The notes: a model not told the origin generated them from the letters alone. A stretch of DNA of 64,000 bases from an uncultured bacterium (GCA_903882905.1 CAIRYW010000027.1:1031-65030); one strand, 5' to 3'; numbered from the stretch's first letter, positions 27,041 to 36,267 are shown. Numbers and translations: made by a program.

Positions 27041-28231
27041 ATGGCAGAAGCTTTTGATAGATCAAAGCCTCACGTAAACGTAGGTACAATTGGTCACGTA
27101 GACCACGGAAAGACAACTCTTACCGCGGCTATTTTGAGTGTTCTTAGTAGAAATGGAAACGACGTAAAACTTAAGGCAGTTGATCAAATTGACAACGCGC
27201 CAGAAGAAAAGGCTAGAGGAATTACAATTAACCTTTCACACAACGAGTATTCAACTGCAACTCGTCACTACGCTCACATTGATGCTCCTGGACACGCCGA
27301 CTACATCAAAAACATGATTACTGGTGCTGCCCAAATGGACGGTGCAATTCTTGTTATTGCTGCAACTGACGGTGTTATGCCACAAACAAGAGAACACGTT
27401 CTTCTTGCAAAACAAGTAGGTGTGCCAAAGATGATTGTTTTCTTAAACAAATGTGACATGGTTGATGATAAAGAACTTATTGACCTTGTTGAAGAAGAAG
27501 TAAGAGAGCTTCTAGAGAAGCAAGGTTTTGACAAAGATTGTCCAGTTATTAAGGGTTCAGCTCTTAAAGCTCTTGAATCAAAGGACAACAATGATGAATG
27601 GGCAAAGAAAATCCTAGAACTCGTTGATGCTCTTGATACATACATTCCAGTTCCTGTGCGCGAAACCGACAAACCTTTCCTTATGCCTATTGAAGATATT
27701 TTCTCAATTGAAGGTAGAGGAACAGTGGTTACAGGAAGAATTGAAAGAGGGCTTATCAAAGTTGGTGAAGAAGTTGAAATTATCGGTATCAAACCAACAG
27801 CAAAGACTACAGTTACTGGAATTGAAATGTTCAATAAACAACTTACTGAAGGAATGGCTGGAGATAACGCCGGAATACTTCTAAGAGGTACAAAGAAAGA
27901 AGATTTGACACGTGGTCAGGTTCTAGCAAAGACCGGTTCAGTAACACCACACACAGAATTCACATCAGAAGTTTATATCTTGAAGAAAGAAGAAGGAGGA
28001 AGACACACACCATTCTTTACAGGATACAAACCACAGTTTTACATCAGAACAACTGACGTAACAGGAGAAGTAACACTAAATGCTGGTGTAGAAATGGTTA
28101 TGCCAGGAGATACAGTTACATTTAACGTTAAATTGGTTGCGCCTGTAGCCCTTGAGGAAAAGCAAAGATTTGCTATCCGCGAAGGTGGAAAGACTGTAGG
28201 TGCTGGAGTTGTCACAAAAGTGATCAAGTAA
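27041..28231 (+). CDS. tuf: Elongation factor Tu
   Basis: [22 protein letters not shown] motifs. 396 aa. Confidence 0.95.
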   Translation: MAEAFDRSKPHVNVGTIGHVDHGKTTLTAAILSVLSRNGNDVKLKAVDQIDNAPEEKARGITINLSHNEYSTATRHYAHIDAPGHADYIKNMITGAAQMDGAILVIAATDGVMPQTREHVLLAKQVGVPKMIVFLNKCDMVDDKELIDLVEEEVRELLEKQGFDKDCPVIKGSALKALESKDNNDEWAKKILELVDALDTYIPVPVRETDKPFLMPIEDIFSIEGRGTVVTGRIERGLIKVGEEVEIIGIKPTAKTTVTGIEMFNKQLTEGMAGDNAGILLRGTKKEDLTRGQVLAKTGSVTPHTEFTSEVYILKKEEGGRHTPFFTGYKPQFYIRTTDVTGEVTLNAGVEMVMPGDTVTFNVKLVAPVALEEKQRFAIREGGKTVGAGVVTKVIK

Positions 28232-28235
28232 ATTA

Positions 28236-28330
28236 AGGAGCAAAGCGACTATAATTTCTTGACCATGTTAAATCTTTTGCGAAGCAAAAGAAAAATCTAA
28301 AGATTTTTATTTAACAGGGTTAGGATTATC
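28236..28330 (+). promoter_or_regulatory. Conserved structured intergenic element (aggagc..gcgactataatttcttgaccatgttaaat … tttatttaacagggtt) between tuf and rpsJ. Possible S10-operon leader / internal promoter
   Basis: A near-identical 5' segment and the 'ccMtgttaaat…atttaacaggg' long-range complement recur at 46768-46925. The 5' segment alone recurs at 38363-38400. Confidence 0.45.
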
Positions 28331-28340
28331 TAAGCTCACT

Positions 28341-28721
28341 TTGTTCGCAAAGAAAATCCTAATGGTTACAAAAAAAACAACAAAAACAAAAGAGACAAAG
28401 AAGCCTACTGAGACGGTATCTAAACTTCGCATTCGTGTTAGAGCCTACGATCACAAAATTCTTGATGCATCAGTGCGTCAGATTATGGACACAGCCCTTA
28501 GATTTGATGCAAAAGTTTTAGGACCAATTCCGCTTCCTACAGAAATTAGAAAATACACAGTTAATAGAGCATCTTTCGTTTACAAAAATGCCAGAGAACA
28601 GTTCGAGATGCGAACACACAAAAGATTGATCGATATTGAAAACCCAAATGGAAAAGTAATTGAAGCACTTTCAAATCTTTCTCTTCCATCTGGAGTAAAT
28701 ATCGACATAAAAATGATGTAA
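28341..28721 (+). CDS. rpsJ: Ribosomal protein S10 (with short Lys/Thr-rich N-terminal extension; the start may be the internal M at 28362)
   Basis: The …[24 protein letters not shown]… core is classic S10. Confidence 0.9.
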   Translation: MFAKKILMVTKKTTKTKETKKPTETVSKLRIRVRAYDHKILDASVRQIMDTALRFDAKVLGPIPLPTEIRKYTVNRASFVYKNAREQFEMRTHKRLIDIENPNGKVIEALSNLSLPSGVNIDIKMM

Positions 28722-28730
28722 TCCAAAAAT

Positions 28731-29351
28731 ATGAAATTCGCCCTAGCAAAAAAAATAAATATGACAAATCTTTTCGATAAAGACGGAAAGGTTCATGTGG
28801 TCACAGCTGTAGAAGCTACACCTTCTTTTGTAGTTCAAGTTAAGACAGCAAAAAAAGATGGTTACTCTGCAGTTCAGCTAGGTTTTGGTGAAAGAAAGAA
28901 AAAAAATATTGCTAAACCACAGCTTGGACACATGAAAGAAATTGGAGCTTTTGAAGTTCTAAGAGAATTCAGAACAAAAGATACTGATACAGCTATGACA
29001 GCTGGAGACAAAATTACACCAGTTGAAATCTTTGCAGAAGGTGATGCAATCACAGTCTCAGGGGTTACAAAAGGAAAAGGTTTTCAAGGTGTAGTTAAGA
29101 GACATAATTTCAAAGGAGGTCCAAGAAGTCATGGACAAAAGCACTCTGAAAGAGAACCAGGATCAATTTCAGGAGGAACAAGAGAAGGAGGTAGAGTTCC
29201 AAAGGGAATGAGAATGGCCGGCAGAATGGGAAGCAACAAAATTACAATCAAAGGATTGAATGTGGTTGCAATCGACAAAGATAATTCAATTATTTACATC
29301 AAAGGTGCAGTACCTGGAAGAAAAGGAACACTTCTTGAAATAAAAGGCTAA
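28731..29351 (+). CDS. rplC: Ribosomal protein L3
   Basis: Conserved L3 sequence and position after rpsJ. Confidence 0.9.
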   Translation: MKFALAKKINMTNLFDKDGKVHVVTAVEATPSFVVQVKTAKKDGYSAVQLGFGERKKKNIAKPQLGHMKEIGAFEVLREFRTKDTDTAMTAGDKITPVEIFAEGDAITVSGVTKGKGFQGVVKRHNFKGGPRSHGQKHSEREPGSISGGTREGGRVPKGMRMAGRMGSNKITIKGLNVVAIDKDNSIIYIKGAVPGRKGTLLEIKG

Positions 29352-29360
29352 ACCACGACT

Positions 29361-30026
29361 ATGGCAAACGTAAAAACATACACATCAAAAGGAAAAGAAT
29401 CAGGAGAAATCACACTTCCAGAAAAAGTATTCGGTGTTAAGTGGAATGCAAACTTGGTTCACCAAGTTATAACTTCTCTCATGTCATCAAAAAGAAATGG
29501 TACAGCACACGCAAAGACAAGAGGTGAAGTAAGAGGAGGAGGAAAGAAACCTTGGAAACAAAAGGGTACAGGACGCGCAAGACACGGTTCATCAAGATCA
29601 CCTATCTGGGTTGGTGGAGGAACTACACACGGTCCAAGAAACGACAAAAATTACGATAGAAAAGTAAACGTTAAGCAGAATGCAAAAGCATTGGCTTCAA
29701 TTCTTTCTGCAAAACTTCGTGATGGAGAAATAATCTTCGTTGACGAAATTAGTTTCAAAGCTCCAAAGACAAAGGATGCAAGAGACGTGATGATCAATCT
29801 TGCAAAAATTAAAGGATTTGAAAGATTGAGTAAAAAAACAAATGCTGCATTGATTGCACTTTCTGGAAAAAGTCAGGAAGTTGAAAAAAGTTTCAGAAAT
29901 ATTGGAAGTGTTTCAGTTCTTGAGACAAGAAACATCAATCCAATTGAAGCACTGAAATACAAATATATTTTGATTGAAAATCCAACAAAGTCAGTAAAAA
30001 TCTTAGAAGATAGAATTTCAAAATAA
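29361..30026 (+). CDS. rplD: Ribosomal protein L4
   Basis: …GGGKKPWKQKGTGRARHGS…. Confidence 0.9.
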   Translation: MANVKTYTSKGKESGEITLPEKVFGVKWNANLVHQVITSLMSSKRNGTAHAKTRGEVRGGGKKPWKQKGTGRARHGSSRSPIWVGGGTTHGPRNDKNYDRKVNVKQNAKALASILSAKLRDGEIIFVDEISFKAPKTKDARDVMINLAKIKGFERLSKKTNAALIALSGKSQEVEKSFRNIGSVSVLETRNINPIEALKYKYILIENPTKSVKILEDRISK

Positions 30027-30031
30027 ACAGT

Positions 30032-30313
30032 ATGAAAAAAGAACCATCACAAATTGTCTCAAGACCAAGAATAACCGAAAAATCAGCTTTTGGTGTAGAG
30101 AAAGGAGTTTATACTTTTGAAGTTTCAAAAGATTCAAACAAGGAATCAATCAAACAAGCAATCAAAGTCTTGTACAAAGTGAATCCGAGAAAAATTGCTA
30201 TTGTAAAATTACCTTCAAAAAAAGTTTTTTCAAGAGGAAAAAATGGAAAACAATCAGCAATTAAAAAAGCTTACGTTTTTCTAAAAAAAGGAGAGAAGAT
30301 TGATTTGGCATAA
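30032..30313 (+). CDS. rplW: Ribosomal protein L23
   Basis: Conserved L23 core. Order within the operon. Confidence 0.85.
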   Translation: MKKEPSQIVSRPRITEKSAFGVEKGVYTFEVSKDSNKESIKQAIKVLYKVNPRKIAIVKLPSKKVFSRGKNGKQSAIKKAYVFLKKGEKIDLA

Positions 30314-30327
30314 TAATTTTTAATAAT

Positions 30328-31170
30328 ATGAAAAGCTACAGACCATACACAAAATCAAGAAGACACATGACGAACGTTTCTTTTAGAGGCGTTTTGACTA
30401 CGAATGAACCCACAAAATCTTTGACAAAAGGTTTCCAGAGATCAGTTGGTAGAAATAACTTGGGAAGAGTAACAACTCGCCACAAGGGAGGAGGTCACAA
30501 AAGACTTTTCAGAGATGTTGATTTTACTTACAACAAAAAAGATATCCCAGCTAAAATTGCATCAATAGAATACGATCCAAACAGATCAGGTTTCATTGGA
30601 CTTGCAGTTTATCGCGACGGAGAAAAAAGATATATTCTTATTCCAAAATCAGTAAAAGTTGGTGATACTTTTGTAGTTTCAGAAAAAACAGACATCAAAC
30701 CAGGAAACAGAATGAGCTTGAAAAACATTCCTGTAGGTGCTTTTGTTTATAACATTGAAATTAAACAAAATGGAGGAGCAAAACTTGCAAGATCAGCTGG
30801 AATTTATGCTGAAGTTGTTGCTCAAGATGAAGGATTTACTTCAATTAAAATGCCATCAACTGAAGTTAGAAAAATTGTTGACGCTTGTTTTGCCTCACTA
30901 GGTGAAGTATCAAACGAAGAACACCATCTTCGAAACTTCGGAAAAGCTGGAAGAAGCAGATGGATGGGTATCAAACCAACCGTTCGCGGAACTGCTATGA
31001 ATCCAGTAGACCACCCATACGGAGGAGGAGAAGGAAGACAAGGACGAGGAACACGAAGAGCAAAATCAGTTTACGGAAAGCCAACAGGAAAGGGACAGAA
31101 ATCAAGAACACCAAAGAAATACTCAAACAAATTCATTGTTTCAAGAAGAGTTGTTGGGAAGAAACGATAA
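30328..31170 (+). CDS. rplB: Ribosomal protein L2
   Basis: …HKGGGHKRLFR…, …PVDHPYGGGEG… motifs. Confidence 0.95.
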   Translation: MKSYRPYTKSRRHMTNVSFRGVLTTNEPTKSLTKGFQRSVGRNNLGRVTTRHKGGGHKRLFRDVDFTYNKKDIPAKIASIEYDPNRSGFIGLAVYRDGEKRYILIPKSVKVGDTFVVSEKTDIKPGNRMSLKNIPVGAFVYNIEIKQNGGAKLARSAGIYAEVVAQDEGFTSIKMPSTEVRKIVDACFASLGEVSNEEHHLRNFGKAGRSRWMGIKPTVRGTAMNPVDHPYGGGEGRQGRGTRRAKSVYGKPTGKGQKSRTPKKYSNKFIVSRRVVGKKR

Positions 31171-31177
31171 TAAATCT

Positions 31178-31219
31178 TTTGGAGGTAATTCCTCCTCTTG
31201 AGAGGTTTTTCCTCCAAAA
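31178..31219. repeat. Nested hairpin element ttggaggtaattcctcctcttgagaggtttttcctccaa (copy 1)
   Basis: 39/41 identical to 42548-42588. Outer arms cttggagg/cctccaag, inner cctc(c)tc..gagagg stem. Confidence 0.7.
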
Positions 31220-31257
31220 ATTGTCCTCTCGAAAATTTTTTGACGAAATAACAGGAA

Positions 31258-31284
31258 AGCCCCGCCTCCGGCGGGGCTTTCCTT
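31258..31284 (+). terminator. Rho-independent terminator (agccccgcc tcc ggcggggct)
   Basis: GC stem with flanking A/T runs. It ends the S10 operon segment before the island. Confidence 0.6.
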
Positions 31285-31357
31285 ATATTTGTACCAATTT
31301 ATGGTTTTCGACACCACATAATCACGAATTTTAACTAATTTTGTTTAAATTTTATCT

Positions 31358-31431
31358 TAATATCGTGAAAATTAGCCTTTTTTCTCTGTTTTTCACGATT
31401 ATGTTGACAATATCGTGAAAAGGACTATAAT
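31358..31431 (+). promoter_or_regulatory. Sigma70-like promoter (TTGACA-16-TATAAT) of the fic gene, overlapped by three copies of a 12-nt operator-like motif (atatcgtgaaaa x2 direct, ttttcacgat inverted)
   Basis: ttgaca at 31404-31409, tataat at 31426-31431, ATG at 31438. Motif copies at 31358-31372, 31390-31400 and 31408-31422. Confidence 0.5.
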
Positions 31432-31437
31432 TTCATT

Positions 31438-32310
31438 ATGGCAAATACATTAAATGCTTTAAATAAAATCAAAAATCTAAGGGAAAGGTATTACAAAGTA
31501 TCAACTGGCAAAGAATCTTTATTAAAACTTATAAGCGAGACAGAAATTCCTGAACAAGTTTATAACTCTAACGCTATAGAAAACAGCACTCTTTCTCTTG
31601 AGGAGACAGAAAAAATACTTTTACAAATTGATCTTGATCGCTATATCTCAGAGCGAGAAATATTTGAAGCAAAAAATCTTGCACGAGTTGTTTCATATAC
31701 AGAAAAAAAAGCCAAAGAGCAAGAGCTTACTCTTGATGTCATTTTATCACTTCATAAAATGCTTATTTCAAATATTCGAGATGATATTGCTGGAAGATTT
31801 CGTATTAATAATGAATATGTTCGTGTTGGAAGCCATATTGCTCCAAAGCCAGCGGAAGTAATATCTCGATTAGAAAAAACAATTGCAGAATATAATGCCT
31901 CGAGCCATGAAAATATTGTGAAGCGTATTGCAAGATTGCATTTAGAGTTTGAATACACACATCCATTTTGTGACGGAAACGGAAGAATTGGTCGTGTTAT
32001 AAATAATTATTTACTTATACGAGAAGGATTTGTACCGATTAATATTAAATTCATCGATAGAAAAAAATATTATGATGCATTCAGAGAGTTTGATGAAAAA
32101 GGTAGTGCATCAATAATGGAGGAAATTGTTGCAAAAGCTATTACGAATAGTTATCACAAGAGACTTGCTTATTTAGAGGAAAAAGAGATTGTAACTCTTT
32201 TTGAATATTCCAAAAGAAAAAAAATATCTCATTCAAATTTAATTAATAAAGCAAATCGACAAACTATTGAAGCTTTTCTCGAAAAAGGTATTTGGAAAAT
32301 TGGTATTTAA
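31438..32310 (+). CDS. Fic-domain protein (putative AMPylase) with N-terminal auto-inhibitory motif (class II Fic)
   Basis: Fic core HPFCDGNGRIGR (HPFx[D/E]GNGRxxR). N-terminal SNAIEN fits the inhibitory [S/T]xxxE[G/N] motif. Confidence 0.85.
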   Translation: MANTLNALNKIKNLRERYYKVSTGKESLLKLISETEIPEQVYNSNAIENSTLSLEETEKILLQIDLDRYISEREIFEAKNLARVVSYTEKKAKEQELTLDVILSLHKMLISNIRDDIAGRFRINNEYVRVGSHIAPKPAEVISRLEKTIAEYNASSHENIVKRIARLHLEFEYTHPFCDGNGRIGRVINNYLLIREGFVPINIKFIDRKKYYDAFREFDEKGSASIMEEIVAKAITNSYHKRLAYLEEKEIVTLFEYSKRKKISHSNLINKANRQTIEAFLEKGIWKIGI

Positions 32311-32399
32311 AAACCACTAATCACTATCCATTACACCCGCACACTATCTACTATATTCAATCCATTGCTTTTATCTGTGGGGGGGGGTAAAATCTAACT

Positions 32400-32855
32400 A
32401 TGTTAAAAAACTTTTTCTTAGACTGGAAGGGAAAATTATTATTAATTTGTTTACTAGGTATTGGAGGATCAGTTTTATATTTTTCAGATACTCAAATTTC
32501 TAATGCCCAAGCAATGGGAGGTGGGGGATATAGTTGTCCTCCTCCCACTGTTGGTTGGAATGGGACATGTATTTGTCCTGTGGGGGCTGATGCAGCACTT
32601 CAAAAAAGATGCGACCAAGCTCTTCAGGGTAATAAAACTATTGATGCACCCACAAAAAGAATTCCTATCACATCTATAGCTCCTACTTTAAAATCACAAT
32701 GGAGTTATAACGTAAGTTTTGATGCCAATGATTTTAAAGCTGCCCCAACTGATGCACATGGTAATCCTTATGGTTCTAGCCGTATTCCCTCATTGAGTAA
32801 TGTTATAGATTTTAAGAATCTAACGATCGGTATTGTTGTGGGAGTTAAATTTTAA
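32400..32855 (+). CDS. Hypothetical secreted/membrane-anchored small protein
   Basis: N-terminal hydrophobic segment LLLICLLGIGGSVLYF. Cys-containing. 151 aa. Confidence 0.4.
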   Translation: MLKNFFLDWKGKLLLICLLGIGGSVLYFSDTQISNAQAMGGGGYSCPPPTVGWNGTCICPVGADAALQKRCDQALQGNKTIDAPTKRIPITSIAPTLKSQWSYNVSFDANDFKAAPTDAHGNPYGSSRIPSLSNVIDFKNLTIGIVVGVKF

Positions 32856-32866
32856 TTTAATAAAAA

Positions 32867-34165
32867 ATGAAAAATAATTATTCAAAATTAGTTTCAATAG
32901 CAACCCTTGTTTTATGTATCTTAGTATTTCCATCTTTATCTTCTGCTCAAACCGTTAATAATTTCTCCGTTAAAAATCTAAATTATTATTATGGTACAGA
33001 CCCAAAAACCAAAATAAAAGATGCGGTGGTGACTTTTGATTTAGATATAACCGCAACAAGTTCAGACTTCAAGTTCTACAAAGACGGACTTGCGGTCATT
33101 AGTTCTGCAAGTTCTGTGGGGGATACAAGTATACAGACCTATACACCAAACATGGTTGATAATGGTAGTTATTATACGATTCATGCGGGAGATACAGGGA
33201 CTTTAAACATTATGACCACGTGGGACGCAAAATACGTACCCGTACTTAATTCTTCAACAAAGTTCTATTTTGCTTTTTCTGAAAAAAATCTTCCTATTAC
33301 TATACCACCAATCACCATCCTCACCCCAACCAATGGAACCAACTGGAAGATAGGATCAAATCAATCATTTGTACTTGCGAAGAATAACATCCCAACAACT
33401 GCCTATATGCAAGTGAGTCTTACACCATCTTCTGGTGGTTTTGGTGCCATGCTCTCAATTTCTCTAACAAATTCTAGTTCTAACACTAACTTTCCGTTTG
33501 CTGTGCCAACAAGTCTCCAATCAGGAGGACTTTTAAGACAACTTACTCCCGGAGCATATAAATTAAAAGTAGTTTTCTATGATAAAGGTTTTTGTTCATC
33601 TTGTGGTCAACCCGCAACTAATATCATAGGACAATCAGATGGTAATTTAACTGTAAATATTTTAGCTGCAAGCTGTACACCAAAACCAACTCTGAATTGT
33701 ACGGCAGATTATAGTCCAGTTTGTGGTTCTGATGGAAAAACCTATGGTAATGCTTGCCAAGCTACAAAATTATGTGTGACGTATACAAACGGAGCTTGTG
33801 CTCCTGCACCATCTCCCACCCCAACCACTACTCCAACTCCTACTCCAACACCTTTACCATCTCCTTCTCTCGGACAATGTTATTCTGCAACACCTAAAAA
33901 TTATCCAGCTTGTTGCAATATAAATAATGATTCAAGTGCAAAATCTATTTGGCAATCTGGGGTTGCAGGTAACTGGGCGAAGTTTCCAAAAAGTTGTAGT
34001 GAGTATCCCGGTTATACAATTACGCCATCAAAAACAATAACTCCTCCAGCACTCAACACAATTTCTTTGAATCAAAACAGCGCACCAACTCAAACCGCAA
34101 GTGCATATGATTCTATTAAGATTCTTCTCAATCAGATTTCAAACACTTTGGATTCTCTAAAATAA
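32867..34165 (+). CDS. Secreted protein with C-terminal Kazal-type serine-protease-inhibitor domain and Pro/Thr-rich linker
   Basis: Signal peptide (…VFPSLSSAQT). Kazal signature C..C.ADYSPVCGSDGKTYGNACQA..LC. Followed by PSPTPTTTPTPTPTP. Confidence 0.7.
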   Translation: MKNNYSKLVSIATLVLCILVFPSLSSAQTVNNFSVKNLNYYYGTDPKTKIKDAVVTFDLDITATSSDFKFYKDGLAVISSASSVGDTSIQTYTPNMVDNGSYYTIHAGDTGTLNIMTTWDAKYVPVLNSSTKFYFAFSEKNLPITIPPITILTPTNGTNWKIGSNQSFVLAKNNIPTTAYMQVSLTPSSGGFGAMLSISLTNSSSNTNFPFAVPTSLQSGGLLRQLTPGAYKLKVVFYDKGFCSSCGQPATNIIGQSDGNLTVNILAASCTPKPTLNCTADYSPVCGSDGKTYGNACQATKLCVTYTNGACAPAPSPTPTTTPTPTPTPLPSPSLGQCYSATPKNYPACCNINNDSSAKSIWQSGVAGNWAKFPKSCSEYPGYTITPSKTITPPALNTISLNQNSAPTQTASAYDSIKILLNQISNTLDSLK

Positions 34166-34200
34166 AAATAAAGATTAAATCGAAGTAGTATCAAAAAACA

Positions 34201-34230
34201 AAAAACCGCCAAAAAACGGTTTTTTGTTTT
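34201..34230 (+). terminator. Terminator-like hairpin (aaaaaccg ccaaaaaa cggttttt)
   Basis: It overlaps the ORF-track start of the next gene, whose true start is therefore probably the ATG at 34257. Confidence 0.5.
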
Positions 34231-35993
34231 TTGATAATTATGAGATAATTTTACTAATGAATTCAAAGAATTTATTTAGATCGTCTTTAATTACATTTTC
34301 TCTTTTTGTTATTTTCTCTTTTCTTCTTATTCCAAAAACTGCTTCTGCGGATAATGGTTTTTTTAGTTTTTTAAATTCTTTTTTTCCACAATCAAGTCAA
34401 TCACAGACTCCTTCTTTAAGTAGTGAAGATTTAGCAAAACTTATTCAACCTTCAATTGTACGTATTGTCAGAGAGACAAAAGGTAATGTTGTTTTACATT
34501 CCGATTTTGCTCTTGATTACTTGAATCTAAAGGTTCTGACTGTACCCTTAAGTAAACCAATTAATATTCCTGTTGACGATATAGTTACTGGAACTGGTTT
34601 CATGATTACTCCAGAAGGACACATAATGTCTAATTCGCACGTTGTTTCAAGTCAAGAATCTGTCAATAATGTAGTAGCCCAGTTAATACTCTATCTAATT
34701 AAAAAAGATGGATCCAAACTTACCGTTGATGAGCAAAATACAATAATTAATAATGCAAGCAGTACTGAAGGATTAAAAGCATATGAAAAATTAGGAACAG
34801 ATTTAACAGATTCAATGTTGAAGGATGTTACTCTTGAGGCAACTACTACAATTACTGTCTTAAATCCAAAATCCACTGCAGATAATTTAGCGGATTTTAT
34901 TAAAGACGGATTTCCAGCAACAGTTGTTAGTGTAAATGATAATTTTTCAAAAGATCAAAGAGATGTTGCTATAATAAAGATTAATAAGGATAATCTCCCT
35001 GCCATTCCGGTTTCAAGTGATGTTTCGACTTCAAGTTTAGTTACGGGCCAAAAAATATTTGCTTTTGGTTTTCCTTCTACGGCAGATCTTAATAAAAAAC
35101 TTGGACATGATATTGTCGTGCCAACATATACTTCTGGCACCATAAGCGCATTAAAATCCTCTGATGCTGGAGATTTTCAAATAATTGAAACAGATACAAA
35201 AATATCTTCTGGTTCGAGTGGAAGCCCGGCTTTTGATGAAAATGGAAATGTGATTGGAATCATGACATATGCAACAAGCAATTCAGATAGTAACGGCGAT
35301 ACTTTTGCTTTCGCCTTACCAATTGGAGTAATCAAGCCAATTGTTGATAGCGCTAATGTTATTTCTGGACCAGGGGCTCTCTATGAGCACTTTACAAAGG
35401 GTCTAAATTTACTTTCAAAAAAACATTGTGCATTGGCAATAACTGAATTTGAATCAGCAAAAAATACTAATGGAGAATTTCCTGTTAATACAAGTTTCAT
35501 TGATTCATATATGAATCAATGTAAGACAATGCAAGCTAATGGATTAGCTCTTGATACAGAGCAGCAGCAGTTTCTTCAAAACATAAAACCTTATCAATTA
35601 TGGGTTCCAGTTTTGTTAGTAATATTTATTTTCGTAATATGCCTTATCTTTGTAATTGTTTTCTTTTCAAAAAAAATGAAAAAAGAAGAAGAGGAAATAT
35701 ACGCACTAAGAGCTAGAGGTCAAATGTCATCAGTTAGTGTTCCGCCGACAATAACTCCTGTTCTGATTCCAAAAGTTGAAGTAAAAGTTGAAAAAAAGCC
35801 AGAAGAAGTTAGTGTAGAAAAAAATACACCGCCAGCTGTAAAAGGGAGGGTAGAAATGATAGTAGATTATATAAATAAGAGTAAGACAGAGAATAAAGAA
35901 CTTGGATTAACTGTAATTGATCTAAGAAGCCAAGGATATAGCGATGATGAAATTCAGCAAGGATTTAATTTGGTAAATAAAGTAGACCTTTAA
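34224..35993 (+). CDS. Membrane-anchored trypsin-like (S1/HtrA-like) serine protease with cytoplasmic C-terminal tail
   Basis: His (GTGFMITPEGHIMSNSHVV), Asp (DVAIIKI) and Ser (GSSGSPAF) catalytic-triad contexts. N-terminal signal/TM and a second TM (LWVPVLLVIFIFVICLIFVIVFF) before a charged tail. Confidence 0.7.
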   Translation: MFFDNYEIILLMNSKNLFRSSLITFSLFVIFSFLLIPKTASADNGFFSFLNSFFPQSSQSQTPSLSSEDLAKLIQPSIVRIVRETKGNVVLHSDFALDYLNLKVLTVPLSKPINIPVDDIVTGTGFMITPEGHIMSNSHVVSSQESVNNVVAQLILYLIKKDGSKLTVDEQNTIINNASSTEGLKAYEKLGTDLTDSMLKDVTLEATTTITVLNPKSTADNLADFIKDGFPATVVSVNDNFSKDQRDVAIIKINKDNLPAIPVSSDVSTSSLVTGQKIFAFGFPSTADLNKKLGHDIVVPTYTSGTISALKSSDAGDFQIIETDTKISSGSSGSPAFDENGNVIGIMTYATSNSDSNGDTFAFALPIGVIKPIVDSANVISGPGALYEHFTKGLNLLSKKHCALAITEFESAKNTNGEFPVNTSFIDSYMNQCKTMQANGLALDTEQQQFLQNIKPYQLWVPVLLVIFIFVICLIFVIVFFSKKMKKEEEEIYALRARGQMSSVSVPPTITPVLIPKVEVKVEKKPEEVSVEKNTPPAVKGRVEMIVDYINKSKTENKELGLTVIDLRSQGYSDDEIQQGFNLVNKVDL

Positions 35994-36007
35994 TTTCACT
36001 ACCCACA

Positions 36008-36043
36008 TTACCCAAGGACCGTCCTTGGGTAGTTTATCCACAG
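36008..36043. repeat. 36-nt repeat attacccaaggaccgtccttgggtagtttatccacag (copy 1). It contains the perfect palindrome cccaaggaccgtccttggg
   Basis: 33/37 identical to 61920-61956. Confidence 0.65.
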
Positions 36044-36267
36044 CACCTCTTATTTTCGCACCAGTAGGTGATACCCGGGAGCGGTATAAGTCGTTTCACT
36101 CCTAAGAAAATAAAGTCGTCCACAGGGTATTTATTGCTAATCATATTCCAAGCTAGTACTGAGACTAATTTGACACAAAGCTTAATTTTGTATAGTATTT
36201 AGCGCACGCTCTTACAAGGGCTATTTATTTTATTCTGACTATATAAGTCGGAACAAAAACTTAATTT

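Noticed and set aside
30960-31334. 124-aa ORF overlapping the 3' end of rplB and the terminator region
   Set aside because: It is out of frame within rplB and extends through the repeat element and terminator. It is Arg-rich as expected from reading an r-protein gene out of frame.
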